Shown here: positions 1-12,256 of the stretch, in pieces
Layout of the letters: each line of letters starts with the position of its first letter
Numbering within the stretch: position 1 is the first letter of the stretch
Source: Octopus sinensis
Lineage: Eukaryota
Direction of reading: 5' to 3'
Length of the DNA: 64,000 nt
Assembly: GCF_006345805.1 (NCBI RefSeq)
Contig: NC_043000.1
Location: forward strand, 114,204,001 to 114,268,000
Notes under the pieces: model-generated
Database searches by the model: none
What the model saw: only the letters and a program-made list of their open reading frames with translations
Told to the model about the DNA's origin: nothing
Made by a program: the position numbers and the translations under genes

Positions 1-204
1 TAGGTGTATTGGAAAAGTTAGCATTACTTGGAACTGCACGCATATTACGTAAAGTACTGTCTGTCTGAGGTTCTTGTTGTGACTTGACAAATAGCACAAA
101 CCCCCAGTAGACACAATATCTTCAATCAACAGCATCACGACATCGTATACTGTGCGACGTCTATAATAATAATAATAATGATGATGATGATGATTTCAAA
201 TTTT

Positions 205-400
205 GGCACAGAGCCATAAAGTGCTGGGAAGGGAACCAATCAATTATGTCAACCCCAGCGTTCGGCTGGCACTCTTTTTATCGACCCCAAAAGGATGAAA
301 GGTAAAGTCGACCTCAGTGGAATTCGAACTCAGAACATAATGATGGATGAAATGCCGCTAAGTATTTCGCACACTGTGCAAACCATTCAGCCAGTTCACC
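205..400 (-). mobile_element. SINE family B
   Basis: Reverse-complement copy. Confidence 0.7.
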
Positions 401-653
401 GCCCAATAATAATAATAATGTTTTATTGGCTAAGACAAATACATAGTAGAAGTTGAGTGTTAACAAACGAAGTATCACAAACATCATAAAAGATTGCCAT
501 GGATGAGGAAGCAATAGGGAAAGAGAGAGGGTAGTGTTTCAAACCCACTGCATTAATCAGGGAAAAAAGGTGGAGAGAGCAACATACTTCAAGGTTGGAA
601 TTAGATATAAAAAGCCAAGATTCTTCTACAGAGTTAGTAGATGAGAAATATAC

Positions 654-701
654 CTGAGGCAATTATCTACAGCATTCTTCTTCAGTCTTTCTTTATTGAT
701 T
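654..701 (-). CDS. LRCH: Short LRCH exon candidate (K|INKERLKKNAVDNCL)
   Basis: Acceptor ttttccttctccaag| and donor CAG|GTATAT; 48 nt, phase 2/2, open in the frame required by the 3419-3807 exon. Confidence 0.6.
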
Positions 702-1045
702 CTTGGAGAAGGAAAACAGGAGTAATTCAATTAAATTCTAGCCCATTTGTGTGTTTTTTTTTTTTGTTGGTTGGTCGGACGTTTGCTTCATATATTGCAC
801 ACAAACTATCATTCTTACTCAAACACACACAAACACGTATCCATCCATTTATTCAGATTTGGAGGATCACTCCATTACAACACTGACATTTTTTTTTACA
901 CCCAGAAAATCGAAACAACAAATTGAGCACTTTCTCCTCTCATTTAACACACACACACACACACACATACGTACTCATGACGATTCTGCATTACTCAATT
1001 AAAAGTGTCAAGATACACCAGGTAAATACACACACAAACACACAA

Positions 1046-1096
<51 letters not shown>

Positions 1097-1217
1097 CGTG
1101 ACCGACCAGGCTATCAGATGTTTCTACACATCGCTGGTCACAATGCACTTCGCATTGTTTTAGCCTTCAAATGACACCACCACGCTGGCTAAGCGAGCAG
1201 GCCACACACACACACAC

Positions 1218-1258
<41 letters not shown>

Positions 1259-2719
1259 TAGATAGAAAAAGGAAGCAGTCTGAATTTTGGATAATTCTTT
1301 ATTAGCGCTTTCATTCATTTATCTGAACTCTTCAAGACAAAAATTAAATCAAAAAAAGTGCTAATAAAGAATTCCAAAATTCTGACTGCCACCTTTTTTT
1401 CAAAATACAATATCTGTACACCACTTCAAACACTCCATATATATATAAGGAATGAACACTCCATCAGTTACGAAAACGAGGGTCCCAGTTGATTCGATCA
1501 ACAGAACAGCCTGCTTGTGAAATTAACGTGCAAATGACTGAGCACTCTACAGACAAGTGTACCCTTAACAAAGTTCTCAAGGAGATTCGGTGTGACACAG
1601 AGTGCGGCAAGGCTGACCCTTTGAATTGTTGGTACATTTCATTTTTTCCAGCTGAGTGGACTGGAGCAATGTGAGATAAAGTGTTTTATTCAAGGACACA
1701 ATGCATCACTGGGGGATTGAACTCATGACCTTATGATTGTGAGCCGAATATCCCAACCACTAAGCCATGTGCCTTCACAAGCACACTTAAATTAAGATGT
1801 GTTTTTGCGAGGAAGTTCTTCGATGGAGCTTTGACGAGCCCTGCGGAGTAACAGTACTGCGAAGGGTAGGTGTATTTAAACAAATATGCACACGTACGTA
1901 CATACATACATACACACAAACACACACACACTGCTGCAAAGTGAAAATCCGATACAGAAAGATGTGACCTTAGGTGATGTTAAAAAAAAAGATGTTGCCA
2001 GGGGGTTTCCAGAAAGGAAGAAATGAAGAAAGTCAAAAGACAAAATCTGGATAACATGGGTGGGGGGGATTTATAAAAGTGAAGGTTGGTGAAATTTCTC
2101 TGGAGATACATTGAGGACACATGGATGATGAGGAGGGAATCAAAGAAATTTTAGTGAACCAGGTGAGAAAAAGAGAAATGAAGAGGAAGTAGAATAGCAA
2201 TGAGGAATCCCATGAGAGATAGACAGAGAGGTAGAGAAGATCAATGGATCAGAGAAAGTGAAACATTTAAGTCAGTGACTCTCAATCAGGTCTCATATGG
2301 CCCTTTGGGGTCCAAATAAGATTTTGTTGTTAAAGTTTTTATCTCCAATAAATTGATTATTTACATTAGACGGATATTTGTCCTCATCTTGTTTGTTGTT
2401 GAGATGTTTTGGCTGATGTACTCTCCAGCCTTCATCAGGTGTCTTGGGGAAATTTCAAACCTGCGTTCTCATTCCTAAGGTATTTTTTGATATTATTAAA
2501 TACAGAACTGTAAATTGATATTTCTGAACTAAACGGTTTTTTTTTATTTATACAACTCCTCATGATATTTCATAATGAAAATACAGTAGGATGTAGTTTA
2601 ATATACTATGAATGGGTATGGAGGGTCCAGTAAAGTAAAATACGAATGAAAGGAGTCCATAAGGGTAAAAACGTTGAAAAATATTGATTTAAAATATATA
2701 ATAGAGAAACAATTCTCGA

Positions 2720-3140
2720 CCCTTTCGATACCAACCTGGCTGAAACCAGCTCTAGTTCTGTAGTTTTCATAAGTTTTGAATTAAAATCTTCCACCAAACC
2801 TTAGTCACAATTTATGTTCCTAACACTAGCTGAATGATAATTAAGTTATTTTACTAAATTCTTTCTTATATTTAAAATTAATTGAAAGAAATACAGAGCA
2901 TCTCAAAATAAATATGGTAGCAAAAAGGTTAAAATATATAATAGAGAAACAATTCTTAACCCTTTTGATACCAACCGACATAAGTTCTGAATTAAAATCT
3001 TCCACCAAACCTTAGTCATAATTTATGTTCCTAACACTAGCTGAATGATAACCAAGTTATTTTACTAAATTCTTTGTTATATTCAAAGTAATTGAAAGAA
3101 ATACAGAGCATCTCAAAATAAATATGGTAAAATAAAAGGG
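2720..3140. mobile_element. piggyBac-like MITE family 1, tandem pair
   Basis: Two head-to-tail copies in the opposite orientation, each preceded by the same flank aaaatatataatagagaaacaattct. Confidence 0.8.
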
Positions 3141-3418
3141 TTAAGGGAACAACTGAGAAGAGAGAGATGAAAAATGAATAGAGTCCAGTAGAAAGATAGA
3201 GAGAAACCACAGAGATGAGAATAAAAGTAGGGGAGAAAAGAAATCTTCACAAATAACTCTGAAGAACAAACAAAAGAGTTCATGAATGGAGTTGGGGAGA
3301 CACAGGAAGGGGAAAAAAAAACAGAGTAATAAAGGCAAAGAAATGAAAGTTTTGTGAAAAGGAACTGTAGAAGGAAGACAAGAATTGGTGAATGGAAAAT
3401 AAACCGAAAAGAACATAC

Positions 3419-3807
3419 TTATTGTCCACTTTGGTCTTCAGTGTCTCCTCTGTTTTGTCTCTCTTCACTGTCGCTTTCTCTTTCTCCTGAAGCGGCACTC
3501 GACTGACAGGTTCAATCTTTCTCAGTTCTTCAGATTTCTGCATTTCTGCCAACTGTTGTTGTTGCACTGCATCTGGCAGCGGCTGGCTCTCCACCTTTCC
3601 TTCCTCCTGGTCCCCTTGCAGACGCTGTCGTATCATCTCCTGGTCTTGCTTCTCTTTGACAACCATGTTCAACCGCCGCATCTCCTCTCGCTGGCTGTCT
3701 AAACTCTTTGGTTGCTTTAGCTCTCGTTCAGCCTCTTCCTGCTGCATCCGAAGGTGCACTGCATGCTTCTTCTGCCGCTCATAATTAGATTTCTGCCGCT
3801 GAAGTTC
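3419..3807 (-). CDS. LRCH: LRCH-family exon, Glu/Gln/Lys-rich coiled-coil-like region (ELQRQKSNYERQKKHAVHLRMQQEEAERE...TLKTKVDN)
   Basis: Acceptor cattatttag| and donor |GTATGT; 389-nt open frame, phase 0 to 2. It reads on naturally from EDTFTR and has a charged helical composition. Assignment to the same gene rests on strand and phase. Confidence 0.8.
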
Positions 3808-4304
3808 CTAAATAATGAGGAGAGAGAGAGAGAGAAAAAAAAAGAATAAGATTCTAGAATATTCTGGATGATCAAACAACTGACCCGATTCAATATAGAT
3901 TCTCAGTTTTAAATTGGAGCAGATTAATTGAATTAACAAACAAGATCAAATGGTATACGCAGGTAAATGGTTGTCTGCACAAGCATCAGGATGTATACAG
4001 GTGTGTATGTGTGTGTGTACAATTGTGGGTGTGTGCATGCGTGTGAGACAAAGTGTGTATGTGTGCATATGCAAGTGTATGTATGTGTGTGTTCAAGTAT
4101 GGATTTGTATGTTAAAGTGTGGCTGCGTATGTATGTATGAGTATGTGTATATTAAGTGTTTCTGTGCATAGACATATATGTGGCCAACAGTTTGTCAAGC
4201 AATTTCATAATCTCCTGTATATATATAAACACAAATATACTAAACAATGTTACGATACACATCCATATCTTACACCATGAATTTATACATATATATGACT
4301 GGCT

Positions 4305-4522
4305 TCTATGCCAGTGGCACGTAAAAAGGACCAATCGATCATGCTGGTGGCACGTAAAAGGCACCCACTACACTCATAGAGTGGTTGGCGTTAGGAAGGG
4401 TATCCAGCTGTAGAAACACTGCCAGATTAGACTGGAGCCTGGTGCAGCCTCCTGGCTTCCCAGACCCCGGTCAAACCATCCAACCCATGCTAGCATGGAA
4501 AATGGACGTTAAACGATGATGA
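4305..4522 (+). mobile_element. RTE 3'-end copy
   Basis: Matches the 3' UTR at 10500-10910 (gtggcacgtaaaa...ggaagggcatccagctgtagaaac...catggaaa..ggacgttaaacgatgatg). Confidence 0.8.
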
Positions 4523-4606
4523 CACACACACACATTTACACCGACATATATACATATGCCAATATATACATCTAAAAATATCAACATACACAAACATAAC
4601 TGTATA

Positions 4607-4639
<33 letters not shown>

Positions 4640-5458
4640 CAGAGGTTCCTTCTGTTATTTTATTTGTTGTTTCTTCCCAACACATACTTTGCCCTATGAC
4701 ATCCAGCTTGAGCCATAGCACCACGACCACCCCTGCCCACAAAAGCATCCTCCCTACCCAACATTTCAAATTTTCCAACCAGGTCTTTACTAACAATGTC
4801 ATAAACATCATCATATCATTTCAACAAAATCTGTCTTTTCTTTTGCTCTGTAGATAACAAAACTTCCCAAGAACGGAAAAATCAGCAGAACCAATCTCAA
4901 CACTTTTCTATATTCTGCTAGGTTTTAGTTTGAGCTTCTGATTTCTTTTCTTTTTTTTTTTTTTTGCTTCTGGGTAATAACGTTTGATTAAGGGTCTAGT
5001 TGTTTACTGGATGAGGCCTATGCTGCCCTGAAAAACCATCCATTGCACACAAAATTGCAGCACTAGTTGCCCCACAAAACCATATTTGTGTCAAACACTT
5101 CACCACTTTTAGCATTGGTCCTCTCTTACTTTAGCATTGAAAATTCCAATGATTTTGCAAAAGCTGTTTTGCAGAAACTGGTTTACTTTGGTTTGCAGGT
5201 CATCAAAAAATTCATCTTTGTAACTTGAGTTTTGGGCCATAGACATGGAAAATATTTACTATAACATTTGTATTAAAAAAAGGCCCTCGTTAAGCACTTT
5301 AAACAATCAAAGGATATGATGCTTTTTTTTTTTTGCAAATTCTTTCTCTTCTATCATAACCATTCTTTGTATTTCAATGTTACTTCATCTACATGAATAG
5401 ATAATGATATAGTTTTCCACTTCATTTGCGTCTGGTATACTTGTGTTCTGGTTTCAAA

Positions 5459-6030
5459 GGCTGCCATAGCCGGGAGTGGTAGCGGGGATAAGCTCCCACT
5501 GCCTACAAAGTGCTCCCACGGTGCGCGTCTCAAATAACCTCCAACAGTCAAGTCCAACTCCTGGCCTTTCCGCAGCGAAACTGTTCCCACTGACAGGAGA
5601 AGGGGCAAAGGCGAGTCACTGGCACCTTAAAACCAGTTGCTTTGGGTAGTTGGGACTCGATAGCCTTGACTGGCAGTCCAACTAGGAGAGGAAACTCCGA
5701 TTTCAAACCTCTGCTGCCTTGCGGCAAGACCCCACTCTTGGGAAGGCTAAGGGAGTAAACCCTGACAGAAAATCCAGAGCTGGAGTCCCTAAGGTGGCCT
5801 GACACAACATGTCACCGGCAACTCCTGCAACGCATCTGGTACCAAGCTGTATCGACCCATCGTTCCCTTGGAGCTACCAGCTGCATGGAGAGGGGGGATC
5901 AAACTGCATGGGCAACAGCTGATCCCTCATACAAACCTGCCCAGGCCTTGTAGCTCAACTAGGAAGCGCAGATAAACCCACCACCTTTTCTGAGCTACAC
6001 CATCGTCTCTTGAGATGGACGGATGCCAAC
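5459..6030 (+). mobile_element. RTE-clade LINE 5' UTR-like segment without the ORF body
   Basis: GC-richer island containing motifs I recall from RTE 5' UTRs (ctaggagaggaaactccgatttcaaacctctgctgccttgcgg...gggagtaaaccctga...gagctggagtccc). No endonuclease or RT coding sequence follows. Confidence 0.55.
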
Positions 6031-6911
6031 GACTTGTGTTCCAATATCACCAGAAACACTAAGAATTTTGAAATTCATCATTCCACTGAGAGATTAATTC
6101 CAGCCAATATTCAATGTTACATGTTCTTACATTCCAAGTGGAGACAGGTCTTACCAGAATATTCTAAGCAACTTCTATCTTGTGAGATATTGGAATTATA
6201 AGAGTCTTAGTTGGGTTGTGATACTATGAAGGACACAATACTAAAAGCACGATATGATTATTTTTAGAATGACATAATAGGGTAAGTGTGAGAGGCTGGA
6301 TCTGGCTAATTTGATCATAAAATAAGGCGGAATATTTGGGCCAGATATGGCCAGTTTAAATGCTAAAGGATTAATACAATCTAGCATAGATGATGATGAT
6401 GACAATAGGTGGAACTCCTGAGAAAGGTATGATAATGTCAAGTGTGCAGGAGTCATGATATAGTCAGCTGACAGTTAGGTCTGGTGCAAGGGTGTAAGAC
6501 AAGAGAGCCTGCTATCCCCTAAACTTTGGCATGAAAGACATGAAAGACCGGAATAAAAGTCTAGCACTCCATATTCACAATTTTTGGCTAATTAAAAAAT
6601 CTGCTATGAATGAACAAAGCATATAGAGTGTGACAGGAAAGTAAAGGGCAGCTCTTAAGTAGAATATGCCACAGGATAAGGGTTTCTCAATAGTTGAAGA
6701 TCTGTAAAGATGGGTTTCATTCACATCAATACAGTTTGGAAAATTAAAAAGCAATTTCTCTCACAAAAATATTGCTAAGTTCTAAGTTATACAAGAAGAT
6801 ACTTGCTCAAAGAAATGTACAATGAGACCAATTCTTAAGCCTTGTGATTTCAAACCAAACTTCTTAAATACACACACACACACACACACCACACACACAC
6901 ACACACAGAGC

Positions 6912-7130
6912 TATACCAGCCTCTATTCTTAACTCCTACATACAATGATACCTGCCCCTATTCTTAACCCCTACACACCACATCAGCCCCTATTCTCAGC
7001 CCCTACACACAACTGTCTGTACCAGCCCCTATTCTCAACCCCTACACACAACCATACCAGCCCCTAATCTTAACCTCTACACACAGGCATACCAGCCCCT
7101 ACTCTTAACCCCTATACAAAATTATACCTC
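6912..7130. repeat. ~35-bp minisatellite, about 6 units (ATACCAGCCCCTATTCTYAACCCCTACACACAACC)
   Basis: Visible tandem units following a (CA)n tract. Confidence 0.85.
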
Positions 7131-8188
7131 CAACTATAATAATAATAATAATAATAACAACTAGTTTTGCTTACAGTTAGATTGCTTACAATTTTCTCTA
7201 TCCCAGATATAAAAAAAAAATTGAAGTGGTGTTCTTGGAAATAAATAAATAACAAAACTAGAGATTAAAGGGTGGTGGTTGGCAGGGGTAACAAAACCTA
7301 AAGTCAAACACAAAGTTGAAAGAACCAAACACTCGATCCCCTTCCTTTCTTCTAAGAAAGGGTTTACTTAGTCTATGAAGAATTCTCTTAATCCTCTTAG
7401 CAAGAATTCCGATTCCAGAACTCCACATTAGCAAAAGAAAAACACGATACGCTGAAGTCAACTTGCAACAGACACAGAAATTCTAAACAACCTAAACGCC
7501 TGATAAATTAATATCATTATGAATCATTATTGTTATTTTAATAATTTTACTCACTGTTTTTATTTAAAACTTATTTATTGTCTTTATTATGAGGAGGTAA
7601 ACAAGTTCAAGGAATATGAAGAAAACTAGCAAAAGAACACAGAAAATAATACTTGGACACACATACACACACATCACAGAGGAATGTTTTATTTTATGTT
7701 GTATCCTAAAGGGATTACAATTAGGAGATGAAAGTAATTAAAACTGAAATGGGTTCACATCCTTCATTGTGTACTTATGTATGTGCGTACATGCAGGGAT
7801 ATGATAGATTTTTCTCTTTCAGATTGAGGTTTTAGCATTTGTTTCAAGCATTCACCTGCTTGTGGCAAGTCTGTACAGAAAAGGGAGGTGGGTGATGGGG
7901 GTGGATTGTTTATACCTTAATGCATAGTGTGTGTGGATGCCTATGTCTGCATGTGTGAGTTTGTGTATATGTATGTGCACTGATGCAGGATTGATACAAG
8001 GCAAAGAAAAACAACCTAAGGAACTGAAAGAAGGAAGTTTTTGCAATTTCCCAGAATGATTGCTGCTTCTGAAATACAGGGAAGGTGGTAAGGAGGCTGA
8101 ATAACGCTCAACATCATCATTACAACTTCACCTGGAAATCCTCCAACATTAAACACCTACTGGAGTATCAACAACAGCCAATAATAAC

Positions 8189-8347
8189 ATCATCATCATT
8201 GTTTAATGTCCGCTTTCCATGCTAGCATGGGTTGGACGATTTTGACTGAGGGCTGGTGAACCAGATGGCTGCACCAGGCTCCAATCTTGATTTGGCAGAG
8301 TTTCAACAGCTGGATGCTCTTCCTAACGCCAACCACTCCAAGAGTGT
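8189..8347 (-). mobile_element. RTE 3'-end copy
   Basis: Reverse complement of the same 3' end, beginning at (CAT)n. Confidence 0.8.
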
Positions 8348-8784
8348 CCACTCCAAATGTCGAGTGAGGTGGTAAGGACAACAGAGGAATGGGGAATGTA
8401 AGGAAGAGGGTCAGGCAGGTCAGGTGGACACTATTGCTTACTGTGTGTGTGTGTCCTTTTATGGCCTCTACATACAGCTAGTTCAGCTTAGATACAGCAG
8501 TAAACCTTGTTTACATTTACTGTCTATAGGCAAAGGACCCAAATCCCACTTTAAGTAAAACCCTACAGTCTAGAAAGAAGGACAATAATGTCATACACCC
8601 CTAAAATAACAGGTGGTCACAGCTGAAATAAATAACTTTGATTGTAACTCCACCCTATCAGGGTCAACATAGGGCCCAGCAACAACAACTAAGAGCAATG
8701 ATGTGAACTCCAATTCCATCATTGTAGAATCTCGGTCATAGCGGTCAGCATTATTCTGCCAATGGCTGAAACTGAACTCACTAC

Positions 8785-9132
8785 TACTCTTTTACTTGTT
8801 TCAGTCATTTGACTGCAGCCATGCTGGAGCACCGCCTTTAGTCGAGCAAATCGACCCCAGGACTTATTCTTTGTAAGCTTAGTACTTATTCTGTCGGTAT
8901 CTTTTGCCGGGGACATAAACACACCAGCATTGGTTGTCAAGCGATGTTGGGGGAACAAATATACATATATACGATGGGCTTCTTTCAGTTTCCGTCTACC
9001 AAATCCACTCACAAGGCTTTGGTCAGCCCGAGGCTATAGTAGAAAACATTTGCCCAAGGTGCCACGCAGTGGGACTGAACCCAGAACCATGTGGTTGGTA
9101 CGCAAGCCACTTACCACACAGCCACTCCTGCG
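8785..9132 (-). mobile_element. SINE family A
   Basis: Reverse-complement copy. Confidence 0.8.
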
Positions 9133-10207
9133 CCTACACACATTATCATCATCGTTATCATCTTTTTCTATCCACAGATGTTGGACGGATCATTTCTGCT
9201 CTCCTGGATGGGTCAGGGGAACATATTTTGCTTGTAAGCTTCATCTCTAGAGATTTTTTTTCTAAAACCAATTACTCTAGAGTGCAGCGGGTGTATTTAT
9301 ATTGTGGCACCAGCACTAGAGAGAATACGGAAGAGGGAATGAGGGCCATATGGTGAGTAATTGATGGATGTTAATACCAAATGTCCAGTGAGGTGGAAAC
9401 CTTGGACCCTATTGCTTACTCTGTGTGTGTGTGTCCTTTTATGGCCTCTACATACAGCTAGTTCAGCTTAGATACAGCAGTAATTTCTTGCATTTTGCAC
9501 AATTCCAGATATATCCCTAAGTGGATTAGTCTGTTGAGACATAAGTGAATCAGCAGGGGATAATGGACTGCTTCTCGTAATAAGATACAAAATATCCTCT
9601 TTATCAAGATTCTGCTAACCTGGTTAGCTGAGAGACCAGCAAAACTCTGCTCATCTATTTGGTCCCATTTTGTCAGAGTAAAAGTGTTAATTTTATGTTA
9701 TTTATTTAAACACTTATTCAACAGTTAGTCTGGGTAGTAGCAGGAGTGACACACCACCCAGTTTAATACTACTACTTGGTCCTTGAGTACCTTATTGAGG
9801 TTCACTCTGTCACAATAGGAACATGGCTCAGTGGTTAGGGTGTTGGACTTGTGATTGTAAGATTGTGGTTTCAATTCCTGAACCAGGCAATGTGTTGTTC
9901 TTAAGCAAAACACTCCATTTCACATTGCTCCAGTCCACTCAGCTGGTGAAAAGGACTAACCTGTGACACATTGGTGTCCCATCCAGGAAGGAATATAAAT
10001 GTGAGATAAACCAGAAAACCATCCCTATGCACCTTACAGAGTAATGAGGACTAACTGACTAGGCCCGTTACAAACATTTAGGCCACACATACCACCCCAC
10101 ACACTGGATTCCTTTGTTAGAGAACCTCACTTTAAGTTTACTCAGGCCCTACAGGGTGATGGGAGATTGTCCCTTCTTCCCAGATAAATTTATAAAAACA
10201 ATTAAAT

Positions 10208-10910
10208 TGTGTGAAAAAGTGCCACACCCTAGCTGTTGAGGGAACCTGTGGAAGAGGTAAACCCAGGAAAACCTGGGATGAGGTGGTGAAGCATGACCTT
10301 CGAACTTTAGGTCTCACCGAGGAAATGACTAGAGACCGAGACATTTGGAAGTATGCTGTGCGTGAGAAGACCCGGCAGGACAAGTGAGACCATAACCCAT
10401 GGCCTCAGTCCACTTATGCATACCTTTCCTTCTTGGGACACAAAACTCTACTTGTGAAGACCTGTTGAGGCAAGTGAAAATCAAAATCAAAATCGATCAA
10501 CATCAATGGAAATTGTAGCTGTGATACCAGTGCCGGTGGCACATAAGAGAACCATCCGAACGTGGCCATTGCCAGCACCGCCCCGACTGGCTTCCGTGCC
10601 AGTGGCACGTAAAAAGCACCATCCGATCGTGGTCGTTGCCAGCCTCGCCTGGCCTCCATGCTGGTGGTACGTAAAAAGCACCATCCGATTGTGGCCGTTT
10701 GCCAGCCTCGTCTGGCACCTGTGCCAGTGGCACGTAAAAAGCACCCACTACACTCATGGAGTGGTTGGCGTTAGGAAGAGCATCCAGCCGTAGAAACATT
10801 GCCAGATCAGACTGGGCCTGGTGCAGCCTTCTGGCTTCCCAAACCCCAGTTGCACCGTCCAACCCATGCCAGCATGGAAAGCGGACGCTAAACGATGATG
10901 ATGATGATGA
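10208..10910 (+). mobile_element. 5'-truncated RTE-clade LINE: ORF C-terminus, 3' UTR and (GAT)n tail
   Basis: 10208-10387 translates to CVKKCHTLAVEGTCGRGKPRKTWDEVVKHDLRTLGLTEEMTRDRDIWKYAVREKTRQDK*, with the RTE C-terminal G.R.RGRP..TW...V..DL..LGL...DR..W pattern. It is followed by ~50-bp subrepeats and the shared 3' end. Confidence 0.85.
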
Positions 10911-11562
10911 ATTAAATAAAATTAACAGTCAATACAGGGACAAATTTTTATCAGTCTCATTAAGCATTTCTAACCATATTTAGTAAATTCCAGTCTCGGA
11001 TGTTCCACCTGGTTTTTTTATCCATTTTCCTTCCACCAGAATCACATCTCAGACACATCTGGTTGATGTCTGGAGTCATTCATGAAAATTAGTTAAGGAT
11101 GCAAAGTCTGCTAATTAAATTAACCCAGTGAAGCAAGAGAGTAATGATGTGAAAGATGTCTGTAATGAGTAGAAGGCAACTTTGTTAGATTCTAACGAAG
11201 ATGACTGCTTCCAAATTACATCAGGAAAAGAGAATTCCTGTTTTTAAAAAAACTGTCCTTTTATTAAAGAAGGAATCCCAGAGAGACTAATTAATAACTG
11301 TGCAGGTATGTTTATATAACACACCTATAGAAGTACAAGATGTACTTTTAACCATTTAATAAGATGTCTACATCTTTGTTTCAAAATAAAAGAGGAAACA
11401 GTTATGTTTATATTTCTTCCATCTTTTAAATGATAACATTATTTATTTTAACACTTCATTAATAATTAGCAAACAAATTGTGGCTAACGAAAAACAACTA
11501 GAAATTATTTACAGTGACTTCTTTGCAGTAAGCATAAGGCCAATTTTGAGGGAAGAGTAGCG

Positions 11563-11619
<57 letters not shown>

Positions 11620-12099
11620 TACATAGATACACACATTACCCAGTTTTAATACCACCCTCTAGTTCTCGGATAATTTTAGCAGAGTTCAATCTGTACTGAA
11701 CATTCAGATCTGGCCCTTAGTTCCTTCCTTGCCTTTATTTTCCAGCAGGTGTTCAAACTGGACAAAGGTAGGTCCCATATATGTCACCTGAATGAAAGGG
11801 CCTGCAAAGGACAGGAGCATTTTTTTTTTCTTTGCTTCTTAATGCCAGTTGAATGATAGCCCAATATTTCTGTAACAAATTGCACTGACATTAGAGAGAT
11901 ATGAGGGAAAACTGGACCCAGCCACATTTGAACCCAGAGAGATAAAACTAAGCTGTTAAACATTAAAGGTCAACCTTCTACTATTTCCGCCACCTGGGAA
12001 ATATTTTTAACATAAATTGGGGGATGGTTGCTGTAAACTTCATTTAAATTTAGAGAAAGATGGGGGGGGTGCATGCATGCACACCTGCATGCATATATT

Positions 12100-12256
12100 C
12101 CTGCAAAGGAAGGGCATCCAGCCATAGAGATCATGCCAAAACACATGACTGGAGGAGCATGGTGCAGCCTTCCAGCTTGCCAGCTCTTGTCAAACCATCC
12201 AACCCATGCCAGCATAGAAAAGAACATTAAATGATGCTGCTGCTGTTGATGATGAT
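12100..12256 (+). mobile_element. RTE 3'-end copy (short)
   Basis: ggaagggcatccagc...aacccatgccagcat...gatg tail. Confidence 0.7.

Noticed and set aside
7258-7461. Basic helical-looking ORF (LAKRIKRILHRLSKPFLRRKE) on the host strand
   Set aside because: I found no convincing acceptor/donor pair in the phase needed, and it is short enough to be chance.
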